64,000 bases of DNA from the NCBI RefSeq assembly GCF_036365525.1, contig NC_090394.1:68110741-68174740 (forward strand). Reading direction: 5' to 3'. This document shows positions 24,595-37,490 of the stretch, in pieces. The notes under the pieces are model-generated. The model saw nothing but the letters and a program-made list of their open reading frames with translations, had not been told where the DNA came from and searched no databases. The DNA comes from Heterodontus francisci. Taxonomy: Eukaryota. The position numbers and the translations under genes are program-made. Each line of letters begins with the position of its first letter. Within the stretch, counting starts at the first letter, position 1.

Positions 24595-25985
24595 ACCATA
24601 GAACCATTGAAAAGTTACAGGACAGAAGGAGGCCATTCAGCCCATCGTGTCTGCGCCAGCTGAAAATACTAGCCGCCCAATCTAATCCCATCTTCCAGCT
24701 CCTGGTCTGTAGCCTTGCAGGTTACAGCACATCAGGTGCATGTCCAGGTACCTTTTAAAGAGTTGAGGGTTTCTGCCTCCACCTCCATTCCTGGCAGTGA
24801 ATTCCAGACACCCACCACCCTCTGGGTGAAAAGTTTTTCCTCATGTCCCCTCTAATCCTTCTACCAATCACCTTAAATCTGTGCCCCCTGGTAATTGACC
24901 TCTCTGCTAGGGGAAACAGGTCCTTCCTGTCTACTCTATCCAGGCCCCTCATAATTTTGTTCACCTCAATTATGTCTCCCCTCAGCCTCCTCTGTTCTAA
25001 GGAAAACAACCCTAGCCGATCCAATCTTTCCTCATAGCTGCAACTTTCAAGCCCTGGCAACATTCTTGTAAATCTCCTCTGTGTTCCCTCCAGAACAATT
25101 ATGTCCTTCCTGTAATGTGGTGACCAGAACTGTACGCAATTCTCCAGGTGTGGCCTAACCAGCATTTTATACAGTCCCAGCATTACATCCCTGCTTTTGT
25201 ATTCTATACCTCGGCCTTCTCCACCACTCTATCTAACTGTCCTGCCACCTTCAAGAACCTATGGACATGCATTCCAAGGTCTCTCACTTCCTCTACCTCT
25301 CTCAATATCCTCCCATTTATTGTGTATTCCCTTACTTTGTTTTCTGTCCCCGAATGCATTACCTCATACTTCTCCGGATTTAATTCCTTTTGCCACTTTT
25401 CCACCCACTCAACCAAACCATTGATATCTTTCTGGAGTCTGCAGCTATCCTCTTCACTATCAACCACACGGACAATTTTTGTGTCATCTGCAAATTTTCC
25501 AATCATGCCTCCCACATTTAAGTCCAAATCATTAATATATACCACAAACAGCAAAGGACCCAACACTGAGCCCAGTGGAACGCCACTGGAAACCGCTTTC
25601 CATTCGCAAAAACATCCGTCAACCACTGCCCATTGTTTCCTGTCACTGAGCCAATTTTAGATCCAACTTGCCACATTCCCCTGTATCCTATGGGCTTTCA
25701 TTTTTCTGACCAGTCTGCCATGTGGGACTTTGTCAAATGCCTTATTAAAATCCATGTAGACCACATCCACTGCACTACCCTCATCAATCCTTCTTGTTAC
25801 TTCCTCAAAAAATTCAATTAAGTTAGTAAGACACGACCTTCCGTTAACAAGTCCATGCTGACTATCCCTGATTAATCTGTGCCTTTCTAAATGGCTCTCA
25901 GAATTGATTCTAATAATTTACTCACCATTGAGGTTAGACTGACCGGCCTATAATTATTTGGCCTATCCCTTGAACTCTTTTTAAA
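24595..25985 (-). mobile_element. 5'-truncated CR1 LINE
   Basis: ORFs 25204-25626 (SGVPLGSVLGP, YINDL, KFADD) and 24755-25183; CR1 tail at ~24595. Confidence 0.9.
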
Positions 25986-26306
25986 GAATGAGGATTATTG
26001 AAGTTGTTTTCTAAATACCAATGTAAATCCTTTGTTTTTCCAGGTGGATGCAGGTTCTATTTTTAGCATCAAAAACCATAGGAAAATCAGGAGAAACGGG
26101 TTGAACCTCTAGAACCCAGGAACATTTGGAGATGGTAAATAAAAATCAGTTCTTTATTTGGAACATCAAAGATATATGTACTTAAATGAGTTGCAGCAAT
26201 CCAACAGAGCTTCAGGGATGTCACATAACACACAAACACAGTAAAAGATCAACCTATCACACATGACAGTTGCATGCACCAAGATAGGCAGAGGTACTGC
26301 AACACA

Positions 26307-26730
26307 TTTTGACACTGGGACACATAAGGAGATGTTAGGACAAGTGACCAAAAGCTTGATCAAAAGGGTGTGTTTTAAGGAATGTCTAAAAGCAGGAGAG
26401 AGAGGTAGAGAGGTGGAGATTTTTAGGGAGAGAATTCCAGAGTTTAGGGTCTAGGCAGCTGAAGGCATGGCCACCTATGATGTAACGATGTAAATCGGTG
26501 ATGCACAGGAAGGCAGAACTGGAGGAGCGCAGAGATCTCAGAAGGTCGCAGGGCTGGAGCAGGTTACAGAGATAGGAAAGGATCTTACCAGACCGGGAGA
26601 CAATATAGGTCAGTGAGGACAGGGGGTTATGAGTGAATGGGATGGTGCAAATAAGGATATCGGCAGCAGAGTTTTGGATGAGCTCAAGGTTATATAGGGT
26701 GCAAGGTGGAAACCTGGCAGGAACGCATAA
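26307..26730 (-). mobile_element. L2 LINE 3' fragment
   Basis: Matches the L2 C-terminus/3'UTR of the other copies (WNSLP..F..KTH.FDQAF). Confidence 0.75.
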
Positions 26731-28097
26731 GGTAGAAAATACTTTTTATTGGAATTTCCATGACTTTAAACATCTTTTCTTATCCCCATAGGTCCTCATG
26801 TCGTCTTCTGGAAATGTTGTAAATATCTAATTGTGAGGAGGGATTATTAATGTCAGACAATTTACAGTCCTGCAGGTGTTAGGAAAACAGCTCCTCTGTG
26901 GTCCTGTGAATTCTTGTCTAGTAAACTGCTGAATGTAAACTACTGTGAGGAAAAAAAATGTCGATACGCAAAGACCTAAGAATTTCAAGGCTAAAAATAC
27001 TTTTTATTATTGTTTTAAAATGTGTCGCGGGTGATAAATCATAATTTAATGTGAAAAGCAAACACATTCCAAGTTAGATTGCTTATAAAACTGCAATACA
27101 GGAATCATCCGGCACACCTTCTGCCTGCCATCTATGCAGAGGAAGAAGTCCGTATTTATCTCCTCATAATCCATTCATCGCAGGATTGTAACATGCCAAA
27201 TGACTTTCTGTTCATAAGCATATATTTTCAGCCCATTTTCACTTGCAATCAAACCTCTTGATATTATGATGTTTCTTGATTGCAGCACTTCAAGGAACCA
27301 GAAATGCAATTCTTTCTCAATCAACAAGAGACCAATAAATTCCCATTGCAAATTCCTACTGTGTGTTTGTGGGTAGGTGGAAATAAATTCTGCTGTTACT
27401 GGCCAAGTTCTTTTCATCAGTCCTCTGGATATACACAAATGTAGGTGCTATTCACTTTTCATTTTTTAGCTTCTGCTTCATTATGTCATTTGCATTTGTT
27501 TCTGGAATTTTATTTTGTTTTACATCAAAAACTTCCTGAGAATTTTTGTTTCTGTATTGTTAAATGGATGTATAATCTGCCCAACATCAAAAATGTAGTT
27601 AGCTAATTCAGTATGAAAAATAAGATATCTTGATCAGATTACAGCTGAATAATTTAAATTGTCAATCTAAAGAATATTCAAATGGTTCAACTTGTTACAT
27701 AAAACTAAAGATGCTAAATAAAGATGCTGGAGCCATTCGCTGGTTTCTGGCAGTGTGAGTGAGGATAACTATTTGCTTCAATATCATGCAGAGAAATAAA
27801 GGGTGGCTGTTCTGCATGAAATTTGAATCTTATAATTCTTCTCAAATTTCTTTCCATGATGAATGCAGTTACGTACAAATGTATTTCTAATGAGTTATGC
27901 TAAGATTACTGGTGAGTCAGCTGTGCTATCTAAGATGAAATTACATTTTATGGTCATTGACAGAAAGAGATAGAACATTTTAAAAATCAACATTGCAAAG
28001 AAATTCAACTAATAACTTATTGATCTGCTAAACTTTTTCTGCTACATTCACAAAAAGGGTGTGAAAGTAGTTTTAATATTAGATTGCACCAGCCATT

Positions 28098-30206
28098 TCC
28101 TATCCGCACTGTGGAAGCTGTGTGTGATTTGGACACTGTTTATAAAGGCTCGCCTTGTGATGATGAGGTCCAGCTGGTGCCAATGACGTGAAACTTGGTG
28201 ACAGGGTTTAGCACAAAAGAACGAGTTGGTGATGCAGAGGTTGTGATAGGCACACAACTCCAGCAGTCTCTGTCCATTCTCATTCACGCTTCCAATGCCA
28301 TAGCGTCCAAGGCAGGAGGGCCATGAGTCATGGTCGGCTCCAACCCTGGCGTTAAAGTCACCCAGCAGGAACAAAGGACAAATGTTTGGTATTGGGAATG
28401 CTAATAATGATATTATGGAGTTTCTCGTAGAACTGGTCTTTAACTTCAGGTGGGGAGCAGAGTGTTGGAGCATAGATGCTGAGTAGGTGTACTGGACCAG
28501 AGGCGGTGAGCAGTCGGATGGACAGTATGCGTTCTGAGCCATTTGAAGGTGGCTCTATCATGCTGAGCAATGAGTTTCTGATGGCGAAGCCCACTCCATG
28601 TTGTCTTGGTTCTTCAGAATCCCTACCCTGCCAGAAGAAGATGTAGTCTTGCTCTCTTAGAGATCTGCTCGCAGGGAGGAGTGTCTCCTGAAGTGCAGCA
28701 ATGTCCACATTGAGTCTACTGAACTCGTTGTTAATGATGCTGGTCTTCCGAGAACCGTTGGTTTGTGTAAGGTCTTCCGACAGGCCAGGGCACATAGTTC
28801 TGACGTTCCAGCTTGCAAAACGAAGGGCTGGTACCTTCTTTCCTTTTTTGTCATGCTGTTTGGTCTGGTGTTACAGTCCACTTGTCGGGCAATGAACCTG
28901 AAATCCAAGCACGCATTGAAGCAGGTGGGACAGAACCTTACTGACCGGGTGCTGCCCGGTTTGAGGCGGGCGGTAGCTGTCCAGTGAGATGTGATGACCT
29001 CTCCCACCGATAAAGGCCCTTTCCTATCCTGAGTGGCGTGAAACAGGGCTGTGTTCTCGCACCTACACTGTTTGGGATCTTCTTCTCACTGCTGCTCTCA
29101 CATGCGTTCAAGTCTTCAGAAGAAGGAATTTTCCTCCACACAAGATCAGATGGCAGGTTGTTCAACCTTGCCCCTCTTAGAGCGAAGACAAAAGTACGAA
29201 AGGTCCTCATCAGGGAACTCCTCTTTGCTGATGATGCTGCATTAACATCCCACACAGAAGAGTGTCTGCAGAGACTCATTGACAGGATTGCGGCTGCCTG
29301 CAACAAATTTGGCCTAACCATCAGCTTCAAGAAAACGAACATCATGGGACAGGACGTCAGAAATGCTCCATCCATCAATATCGGTGACCATGCTCTGGAA
29401 GTGGTTCAAGAGTTCACCTACCTAGGCTCAACTATCACCAGTAACCTGTCTCTCGATGCAGAAATCAACGAGCGCATGGGAAAGGCATCCGCTGCTATGT
29501 CCAGACTGGCCAAGAGAATGTTGCAAAATGGCACACTGACACGAAACAGTGTATCAAGTGTATCAAGCCTGTGTCCTCAGTACCTTGCTCTATGGCAGCG
29601 AGGCCTGGACAACGTATGTCACTCAAGAGCAACGTCTCAATTCATTCCATCTTCGCTGCCTCTGGAGAATCCTTGTTGTCAGGTTGCAGGACCGTATCTC
29701 CAACGCAGAAGTCCTCGAGGTGGCCAACATCACCAGCATATACACCCTACTGAGCCAGCGGCACTTGAGGTGGCTTGATTACGTGAGCTGCATGGAAGAT
29801 GGCAGGATCCCCAAGGACACATTGTACAGTCACTGGTATCAGACCCACCGGCCGTCCATGCCTCCGCTTTAAAGACGTCTGCAAACACGACATGAAGTCC
29901 TGTGACATTGACCATAAGTCGTGGGAGTCAGTTGCCAGTGATCGCCAGAGCTGGCGGACAGCCATAAAGGCGGGTCTAAAGAGTGGCGAGTCGAAGAGAC
30001 TTAGCAGTTGGCAGGAAAAAAGACAGAAGCGCAAGGGGAGAGCCAACTGTGTAACAGCCCCGACAGCCAATTTTATCTGCAGTGCCTGTGGAAGAGTCTG
30101 TCACTCTAGAATTGGCCTTTTCAGCCACTCCAGGTGCTGCTTCACAAACCACTGACCACCTCCAGGCACTTACCCATTGTCTCTCGAGACAAGGAGGCCA
30201 AAGAGA
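28098..30206 (+). mobile_element. RTE LINE with inverted 5' segment (28103-29015 minus: 5'UTR+APE; ~29016-30206 plus: RT+zinc finger)
   Basis: APE (DIAALQET, GVGF, SIYAPT, LGDFNA) on minus; GVKQG, FADD, FTYLGS on plus; 13-bp TSD TG(C/T)ACCAGCCATT at 28085-28097 and 30207-30219. Confidence 0.92.
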
Positions 30207-30574
30207 TGTACCAGCCATTGGGTTATTAGCCCTGCGCTAAATTTTTTAGGTCTCCCATGACCTATCGATGGTGGGGGTGGGAGGCATGGGGGGTGGTGTC
30301 ATTGTGGAGTGGAGGCATCCACAACCACCAGATGCGACTATTCTGCTGGATGTCAATCAGATGTCAGAGCCAGAACTCCTTTTTCCACTTGCTAGGACTG
30401 TCTGGAAAGGGATTCAAAACTTGCACTTCTCTAACTCAGAGGCAGGAATGCTACTGCTAAGCCAAAGGCTCACTCCTGTATCACTTATGGTCTTTCCTTT
30501 TTACCCTCTTTACCCAAACCAACCCAGCACCCCTGAATTTGAGGGAAATATAGATGGATACAAGAGGGGGGAAA

Positions 30575-30710
30575 ATAAATAGAAGGATACACTTGATAAG
30601 TTCAGATGTAGTAGGGTGGAAATAGGCTGGTATAGAGCATAAACATTGGCATGGACCAGTTGGACCAAATGGCCTGTTTCTGTGCTGTAAATTCTGTGTA
30701 ATGTGATTTG
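30575..30710 (+). mobile_element. CR1 3'UTR fragment
   Basis: GGACCAAATGGCCTGTTTCTGTGCTGTAAATTCT terminus. Confidence 0.7.
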
Positions 30711-31249
30711 TATTTGCAACCAACATAATTTGTGTTGTTAGAACATTGTGTGTTTAATTTAGCAAAGGAAAGCTCAGATTGCTGTGCTATGGGATAGCAA
30801 CAAATTTATTACATGACTACCAGTTCAGCCTCAATCACGTGTGGGGTTGAGTCTTCCTCAACATTATATGCAGGAACTCTGGTATAATCACCTGCTGTTA
30901 CAGTCACACTTAGAAAATCCTTCACAAAGTTTCCAATTGTTTATGTGGAATATGAGAATAGAAGACTATAATTAGCAAAAATATTCAGTAACTATGGGAG
31001 AATAGAGAAGCAAGCCTTTAGCCTCGTGGTACCATTCCTGCCACTGAGCCAAAAGGTGAAGGGATGGAACCCCACTCTCAAATTTGAAAGAAAAGAAAGT
31101 CTTACATTTCATCACCTCAGGATGTCTTAAAGCACTTTACAGCCAGGTAAGTACTTCTGAAGTGTAGGTTAAAATGCAGCAATCAATTTGCACACAGCAA
31201 AGTCTGACAAACGTCAATATATTAATGACCAAATAATCTGTTATAGTGA

Positions 31250-31479
31250 AATAAAAACATAAAGTGCTGGAAATACTCAGCAGGTCAGGCAGCATCTGTG
31301 GAGAGAGAAGCAGAGTTAAAGTTTCAGATCTATGACCTGGAACTGCAGTTCTGATGAAAGGTCACAGACCTGAAACGTTAACTCTGCTGCTCTCTCCACA
31401 GATGCTGCCTGACCTGCTGAGTATTTCCAGCACTTTATGTTTTTATTTCAGATTTCCAGCATCTGCAGTATTTTGCTTT
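31250..31479. mobile_element. Palindromic Penelope-like element remnant
   Basis: ~90 bp inverted arms; 16-bp TSD TAATCTGTT(A/C)TAGTGA at 31234-31249 and 31480-31495. Confidence 0.85.
31347..31383 (+). ncRNA. Minimal type I hammerhead ribozyme motif
   Basis: Stem I AGUU/AACU, core CUGAUGA(+A), stem II AGGUC/GACCU, GAAA, palindromic ACGU stem III, GUU triplet. Confidence 0.75.
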
Positions 31480-32774
31480 TAATCTGTTCTAGTGATATTG
31501 TTTGAGAGCTAAATATTGGCCAGGACACTGGGGAAAACTCCCCAGCTCTTCTTCAGAACTGTGGATCTTTTACATCTACTGTAGCGGTCAGACAGGGCCT
31601 TGAATTAATGTTTCACCTGAAAGACAGCACCTCCAACATTGCGCTCTGTACTTTGTGATCAAGTCTGTGAGTAGGACCTGAACCCACATCCTTCTGACTC
31701 AGAGGCAAGAATGCTTCCAGTTGCAACAGGACAAATACTGGGTAGACATCTAGCAGGGTACTGGTGTCCGGGCGAAGTGACCCCTACTTCTGTGGTCGTA
31801 TTATCAAATTTTGATGGATGATGCTCCTGTCTTGGGACGCCATGTAAATGCAAGTTGTTGTTGTTGTTGTTAATAACATATGAGCAAAGTTTAAGAGTTT
31901 GCACACATGTTGCAACTCAGAATGGTTAGTGCATTGGTAATAAAATGCTTCTAAACTTCTTGTGTGATACTAACCACCTCAAAATCCTTCCACTTCCAGT
32001 GTTTGTCCGGTAACCAGCCATATTTCATGCCATCGTTATACCTCTATTAGTGTCCTTCTGGGACACAATCTAAAGCCCTCTCCACCACCACCACCACCCC
32101 TCCCAACCCACAGCCAACAGGAATGGTGCCATCAAGATTTGATAGGTCATCACCTCCACCCTTCCCATTCCACACATACTTTACCAAGAATATTTTATTT
32201 AGTTCCCTGGTCTCCAGCAGTGTAATTTCCTGCTCTCCTCCCCTCCCTCCCAACTCTCCAGACTTCACAACATACACAGTTCATCACAGCAAATTATGCC
32301 ACTATAATTTTCTTCTGCAACATAGCCTATCTCAAGCTACTTGAAAATGAACAAATGGTTCATAAAACTGTGAATCTGAACGGGATTAAGCCAGAATGTA
32401 ATAAAGAGCTTATGTCAGACACTAAATAAGTTGTGCTAGGGTAGGGATATCTCAGGAAATATAAAATCTGTAAGAATATCCTATCACAGTAAAGCTCAAT
32501 GAATTGATATACTAGCAAGCTAGGCCGCTTACGTGTTATAAATCTCTATGTGCCCTTTCAATAAAAGATTGGACCTGTGTGTGATTCAGATAGAATGTTA
32601 CATGAATTCCTCTGTGTATCATTGCAATACACATCACAAAATGTCACATTGCATCTCTGGTGTCAACTGTAAGTCTCTGTAGAGAGAAGAAAAAAACACT
32701 TGAAAGCAACCTATTTGATAGATTACTTAACTTGAGATGTGACACAAAGCAAAATGCAAGTTGAGTGAAAGAAA

Positions 32775-33262
32775 GAATTGCATTTATATAGCACCTTTCA
32801 TGACTTCAGGATGCCACAAAGCACTTTGCAGCCAAGGAAGTACTTTTGAAGTGTAGTCAATATTGTTTTAGTTTAGTTTAGTTATTCAGCACTGAAACAG
32901 GCCCTTCGGCCCACCAAGTCTGTGCCGACCATCAACCACCCATTTTTATACTAATCCTACACTAATTCCACATTACTACCACATCCCCACCTGTCCCTCT
33001 ATTTCCCTACCACCTACCTATACTAGGGGCAATTTATAAAGGCCAATTAACCTATCAACCAGCAAGTCTTTGGCATGTGGGAGGAAACTGGAGCACCCGG
33101 CGAAAACCCACGCAGTCACAGGGAGAACTTGCAAACTCCGCACAGGCAGTACCCAGAATCGAACCCGGGTCCCTGGAGCTGTGAGGCTGCAGTGCTAATC
33201 ACTGGAGTGGGATGTGAACTTACAACCTTCTGACTGCGAGGTAAGTGAGCCACAGATGACAG
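32775..33262 (-). mobile_element. DeuSINE remnant (tail 32775-32860, head 33205-33262) with its middle replaced by an HE1-like SINE
   Basis: Both flanks match the 12168-12580 family. Confidence 0.6.
32867..33204 (-). mobile_element. HE1-like V-SINE
   Basis: tRNA head (GGGTTCGATTC), V domain (CTGTGCGGAGTTTGCA..TTCTCCCTGTG..GGGTGCTCCAGTTTCCTCCCACA), CR1-type tail GGGCCGAAGGGCCTGTTTC. Confidence 0.85.
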
Positions 33263-33481
33263 CACTGACTTGGACCAATATGTCATACTGTGGCCATGTC
33301 CCTCTATCTTGTTCCTCTGAATGTGCTGAATAAATGCCCAATTCTCTAGTCCTGTTAACAGCACAGTTGTAATTGTACTTTTTGTAGCAGTTAAAGTCAT
33401 GAGCAAGTTAAAAGATTCCCTTCCGCTGTTCAGTTTTAATTATTTCAAGAACTCTCCATTTCCAGAAGAGGCATGACAGCT

Positions 33482-35225
33482 TCTTCTTCTTCTTCTTTGG
33501 CCTCCTTGTCTCGGGAGACAATGGGTAAGCGCCTGGAGGTGGTCAGTGGTTTGTGGAGCAGCGCCTGGAGTGGCTATAAAGGCCAATACTAGAGTGACAG
33601 ACTCTTCTACAGGTGCTGCAGAAAAAATTGGTTGTTGGGACTGTTACACAGTTGGCTCTCCCCTTGCGCTTCTGTCTTTTTTCCTGCCAACTGCTAAGTC
33701 TCTTCGACTCGCCACACTTTAGCCCCGCCTTTATGGCTGCCCCCCAGCTGTGGCGACCGCTAGCAACTGACTCCCACGACTTGTGACCAATGTCACAGGA
33801 CTTCATGTCGCGTTTGCAGACGTCTTTAAAGCGGAGACATGGACGGCCGGTAGGTCTGATACCAGTGGCGAGCTCGCTGTACAATGTGTCCTTGAGGATC
33901 CTGCCATCTTCCATGCGGCTCAGAGGGCCAAGCCATCTCAAGCGCTGCTGACTCAGTAGTGTGTATAAGCTGGGGATGTTGGCCGCCTCGAGGACTACTG
34001 TGTTGGAGATGCGGTCCTGCCACCTGATGACAAGGATTCTCCGGAGGCAGCGAAGGTGGAATGAATTGAGACGTCGCTCTTGGCTGACATACGTTGTCCA
34101 GGCCTCGCTGCTGTAGAGCAAGGTACTGAGGACACAGGCTTGATACACTCGGACTTTTGTGTTCCGTGTCAGTGTGCCATTTTCCCACACTCTCTTGGCC
34201 AGTCTGGACATAGCAGTGGAAGCCTTTCCCATGCGCTCGTTGATTTCTGCATCGAGAGACAGGTTACTGGTGATAGTTGAGCCTAGGTAGGTGAACTCTT
34301 GAACCACTTCCAGAGCGTGGTTGCTGATATTGATGGATGGAGCATTTCTGACGTCCTGTCCCATGATGTTCGTTTTCTTGAGGCTGATGGTTAGGCCAAA
34401 TTTGTTGCAGGCAGCCGCAAACCTGTCGATGAGACTCTGCAGACACTCTTCAGTGTGAGATGTTAATGCAGCATCAATGCCCCCCTCAAATCTAAATCAG
34501 GGGACACAATCACTGATCAATGCAAGCAAATGGATCGCTGGGTTGAGCACTACCTAGAACTGTACTCCAGGGAGAATGTTGTCACTGAGACTGCCCTCAA
34601 TGCTGCCCAGTCTCTGCCAGTCATGGATGAGCTGGACGTACAGCCAACAAAATCGGAACTCAGTGATGCCATTGATTCTCTAGCCAGCGGAAAAGCCCCT
34701 GGGAAGGACGGCATTACCCCTGAAATAATCAAGAGTGCTAAGCCTGCCATACTCTCAGCACTCTACGAACTGCTTTGCCTGTGCTGGGACGAGGGAGCAG
34801 TACCACAGGAGATGCACGATGCCAATATCATCACCCTCTATAAAAACAAAGGTGACCGCGGTGACTGCAACAACTACTGTGGAATCTCCCTGCTCAGCAT
34901 AGTGTGGAAAGTCTTCGCTCAAGTCGCTTTAAACAGGCTCCAGAAGCTGGTCGAGCGTATCTACCCTGAGGCACAGTGCGGCTTTCGAGCAGAGATATCG
35001 ACCATTGACATGCTGTTCTCCCTTCGTCAGCTACAGGAGAAATGCCATGAACAACAGATGCTCCTCTACGTTGCTTTCATTGATCTCACCAAAGCCTTTG
35101 ACCTCGTCAGCAGACGTGGTCTCTTCAGACTACTAGAAAAGATTGGATGTCCATTAAGCTACTAAGTATCATCACCTCATTCCATGACAATATGAAAGGC
35201 ACAATTCTGCATAGCGGTGCCTCAT
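33482..35225 (-). mobile_element. RTE LINE with inverted 5' segment (33482-34477 minus; 34478-35225 plus)
   Basis: (GAA)n tail; ORFs 33543-34364 and 34530-35165 (KAPGKDG, QCGFR, DLTKAFD); 10-bp TSD CATGACAGCT at 33472-33481 and 35226-35235. Confidence 0.92.
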
Positions 35226-36499
35226 CATGACAGCTAGTTGGATGATAAAGGACCAAAGCCATTTTTGTTAGATGGTTATTTACATTTCTCTTGCACACAA
35301 TGGAATAATAGCTTTCCCCTGATATGTTGCTAAAATGCCATGAATGTCAATAAAGCAACTGTTTCACTATTGCACATAAACAGCCCTTTTAATCCCAGGG
35401 GAAGAAGGTATAGTGCAGTGATTCGTGCCTGTGGTATTCCTGGATGGTCATCACCTTAATTGTAGCTATTATAGTTCAACTAGTTACTCAATCCCACCGT
35501 AGACAATGACACATCTCAATGACAAACTATTGAATGCAAGGCCAGGAGAATTGTGAGTGTTTTTTGTTTTCTTGAATCTTCAGCTTCAATATTAGAGGAA
35601 AAAGATAGAGGGACATGACCACAGTAGAAGACTTAACAGCTTGGTCTTCATGAAATATCTAACCTTCTAAATGTTGCCAGCCAACCTCTCATCCATCCTC
35701 ATACATCATATTTTCTGATGACAGTGCACCCTTCATTCACTATACCTTATGTAGGATGGGCTTTGATTCTAAAATAAAAACAGAAAATGTTGGAAATACT
35801 CAGGCAGCATCTGTGGCGAGAAAAACAGAGTTAACGGCTGAATTTTCTGGCCCCACCAAAGGCGGGAACGGAGGCAGGCAGGGCCCGAAAATACTGGTGC
35901 CAGCTGACGAGCTGGTTTTGTGACCCCATTCCCAGTGCCGGTCATATTCACCAGGGCGGGGGGGAAGGCAGGATCATGATCCCGCCCCCTCTCCAATTAA
36001 GGCCAAATAATGCACTTGGAGAGCTCATTAACTGCTTGTTAACAGCGGGAGTTGAGAGTTTGAAAGGGCCACATGGGCTACACGTGCTGTCTGGGGCAGA
36101 CCAGATGAAGGGAGATGGGTACCGAGTGCGATGCCAGTCATGTCCACTCCAGGAAATTACTCCAGGGCCATAAAAATTTCAATGGCACAGTGGGGTACTC
36201 GACCATTGGGAGACAGATGCCCAGGGCACAGCGTAGGTGGCAGTGGGTGGCAGTCAGCGCTCAGGCAGCACAGAGGGTCGTCACCCTCTTAGCATCGCAA
36301 GGGCAGCCAAGTAGGGGGCAGGTCAGCCCCAAGGACACCTGGGCAACCAGCTGAGCACAAGGAAGGCAGCAGCTGGCAATGGCATGTCTCTTAGATTTTG
36401 GGCCCAACGATGCTGAGAAGCAACACCCTTCACAGGAAGACAGGAGTTCCGGGCATCAGGAGGGCAGATGAGAGAGACAAGGGGCAGGAAGGCAACGGA

Positions 36500-37490
36500 G
36501 GTCATACCTTCAGCATAGGATCTACTGCCGAAGAAGGAGCTACCTGGAGATGACAGAGACTCAGTGCCGTAGGAGACTACAACTCTCCAGGCCTGTGGTC
36601 ACAGGCATCTGTGCCCTCGTTGTTGAGGATCTTGAAATTTGCAGCACTGGTCACCATTCCTTGCCAGTAGTCATCAAAGTGGCCTTGAACTTCTTCACCT
36701 CTGGCTCTTTCCACAGATCTGCTGTGGACCTTGGTGGCACTTCGCAAATGGCTGCAAACCACTGCATCTCACAGGCCTTTGATGCCCTTTATGCCAGAGC
36801 TGGATAATACATTCATTTCACGACAGATGAGGCCTTGCAGGGACAGAGGGCAGTGGGTTTTACCTCCATCGCTGGATTCCCAGGTGCAGGGTATCATCGA
36901 TTGCACCCATGTGCCTATCAAGGCATCCAGTGACAGGCCAGTGAGATTCATCAGCAGGGTAGGCTTCCATTCGCTCAACATTTAGCTAGTCTGCAACCAC
37001 AATAAGAGCTTCCTCCTCGTGTGCGCTCACTTTCCTGGCAGCTGCCATAATTCCTTCATTCTCCACCAGTCCAGGCTGCCACAAACCTTCACTCCAACCC
37101 CCAAAGTGCATGGATGAATTCTAGGGGACAAAGATCACAAGGACCACGACTGAGCAAGCCATCGGCCTGGACTGGTCGGGTGGTGCCCTGCAATACAGTC
37201 TTGCGAGGGTCTCACTCATTGTGCTGGTCTGCAGCACTCTCCATAACATGGCACTGCAGAGAAGTGTGGGCCTTGAGGAAGGTGAGACCCTGGAATGAGA
37301 TAGCTCATCAGAGAAAGAGGAGAAGCAGGAGGTGGGAGAGGAGAAGGAAATGGAGGCGGAGGGGGGAGGATGCACAACACCAAGGTGCCCTGGCTGCACA
37401 GGGAGGTGGCCGGGCACGGCACAGGGCGAGAACGTCCCTTCAGTATTCCATGAATTCCAGGGATCATTTGATTCAGGAACGTTTCAGTTG
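36500..37490 (+). pseudogene. Harbinger DDE transposase (DDE_Tnp_4/HARBI1-like), frameshifted
   Basis: CRRRLQLSR..ALNFFTSGSF..GTSQ, QGIIDCTHVPI, GFHSLNI, C.ALHN, RDHLIQERF motifs across frames. Confidence 0.88.

Larger units (their letters stand above)
31095..31720 (-). mobile_element. DeuSINE (SacSINE1-like), interrupted by a PLE palindrome
   Basis: Collinear with 12168-12580 once 31250-31479 is removed. Confidence 0.75.

Noticed and set aside
25148-25660. 170-aa and similar antisense ORFs over CR1/RTE copies
   Set aside because: Shadow frames of LINE RT coding sequence
28900-29015. HDV-like ribozyme at the RTE 5' end
   Set aside because: No P1.1/P3/J4-2 arrangement could be fitted, and the true 5' end is probably truncated
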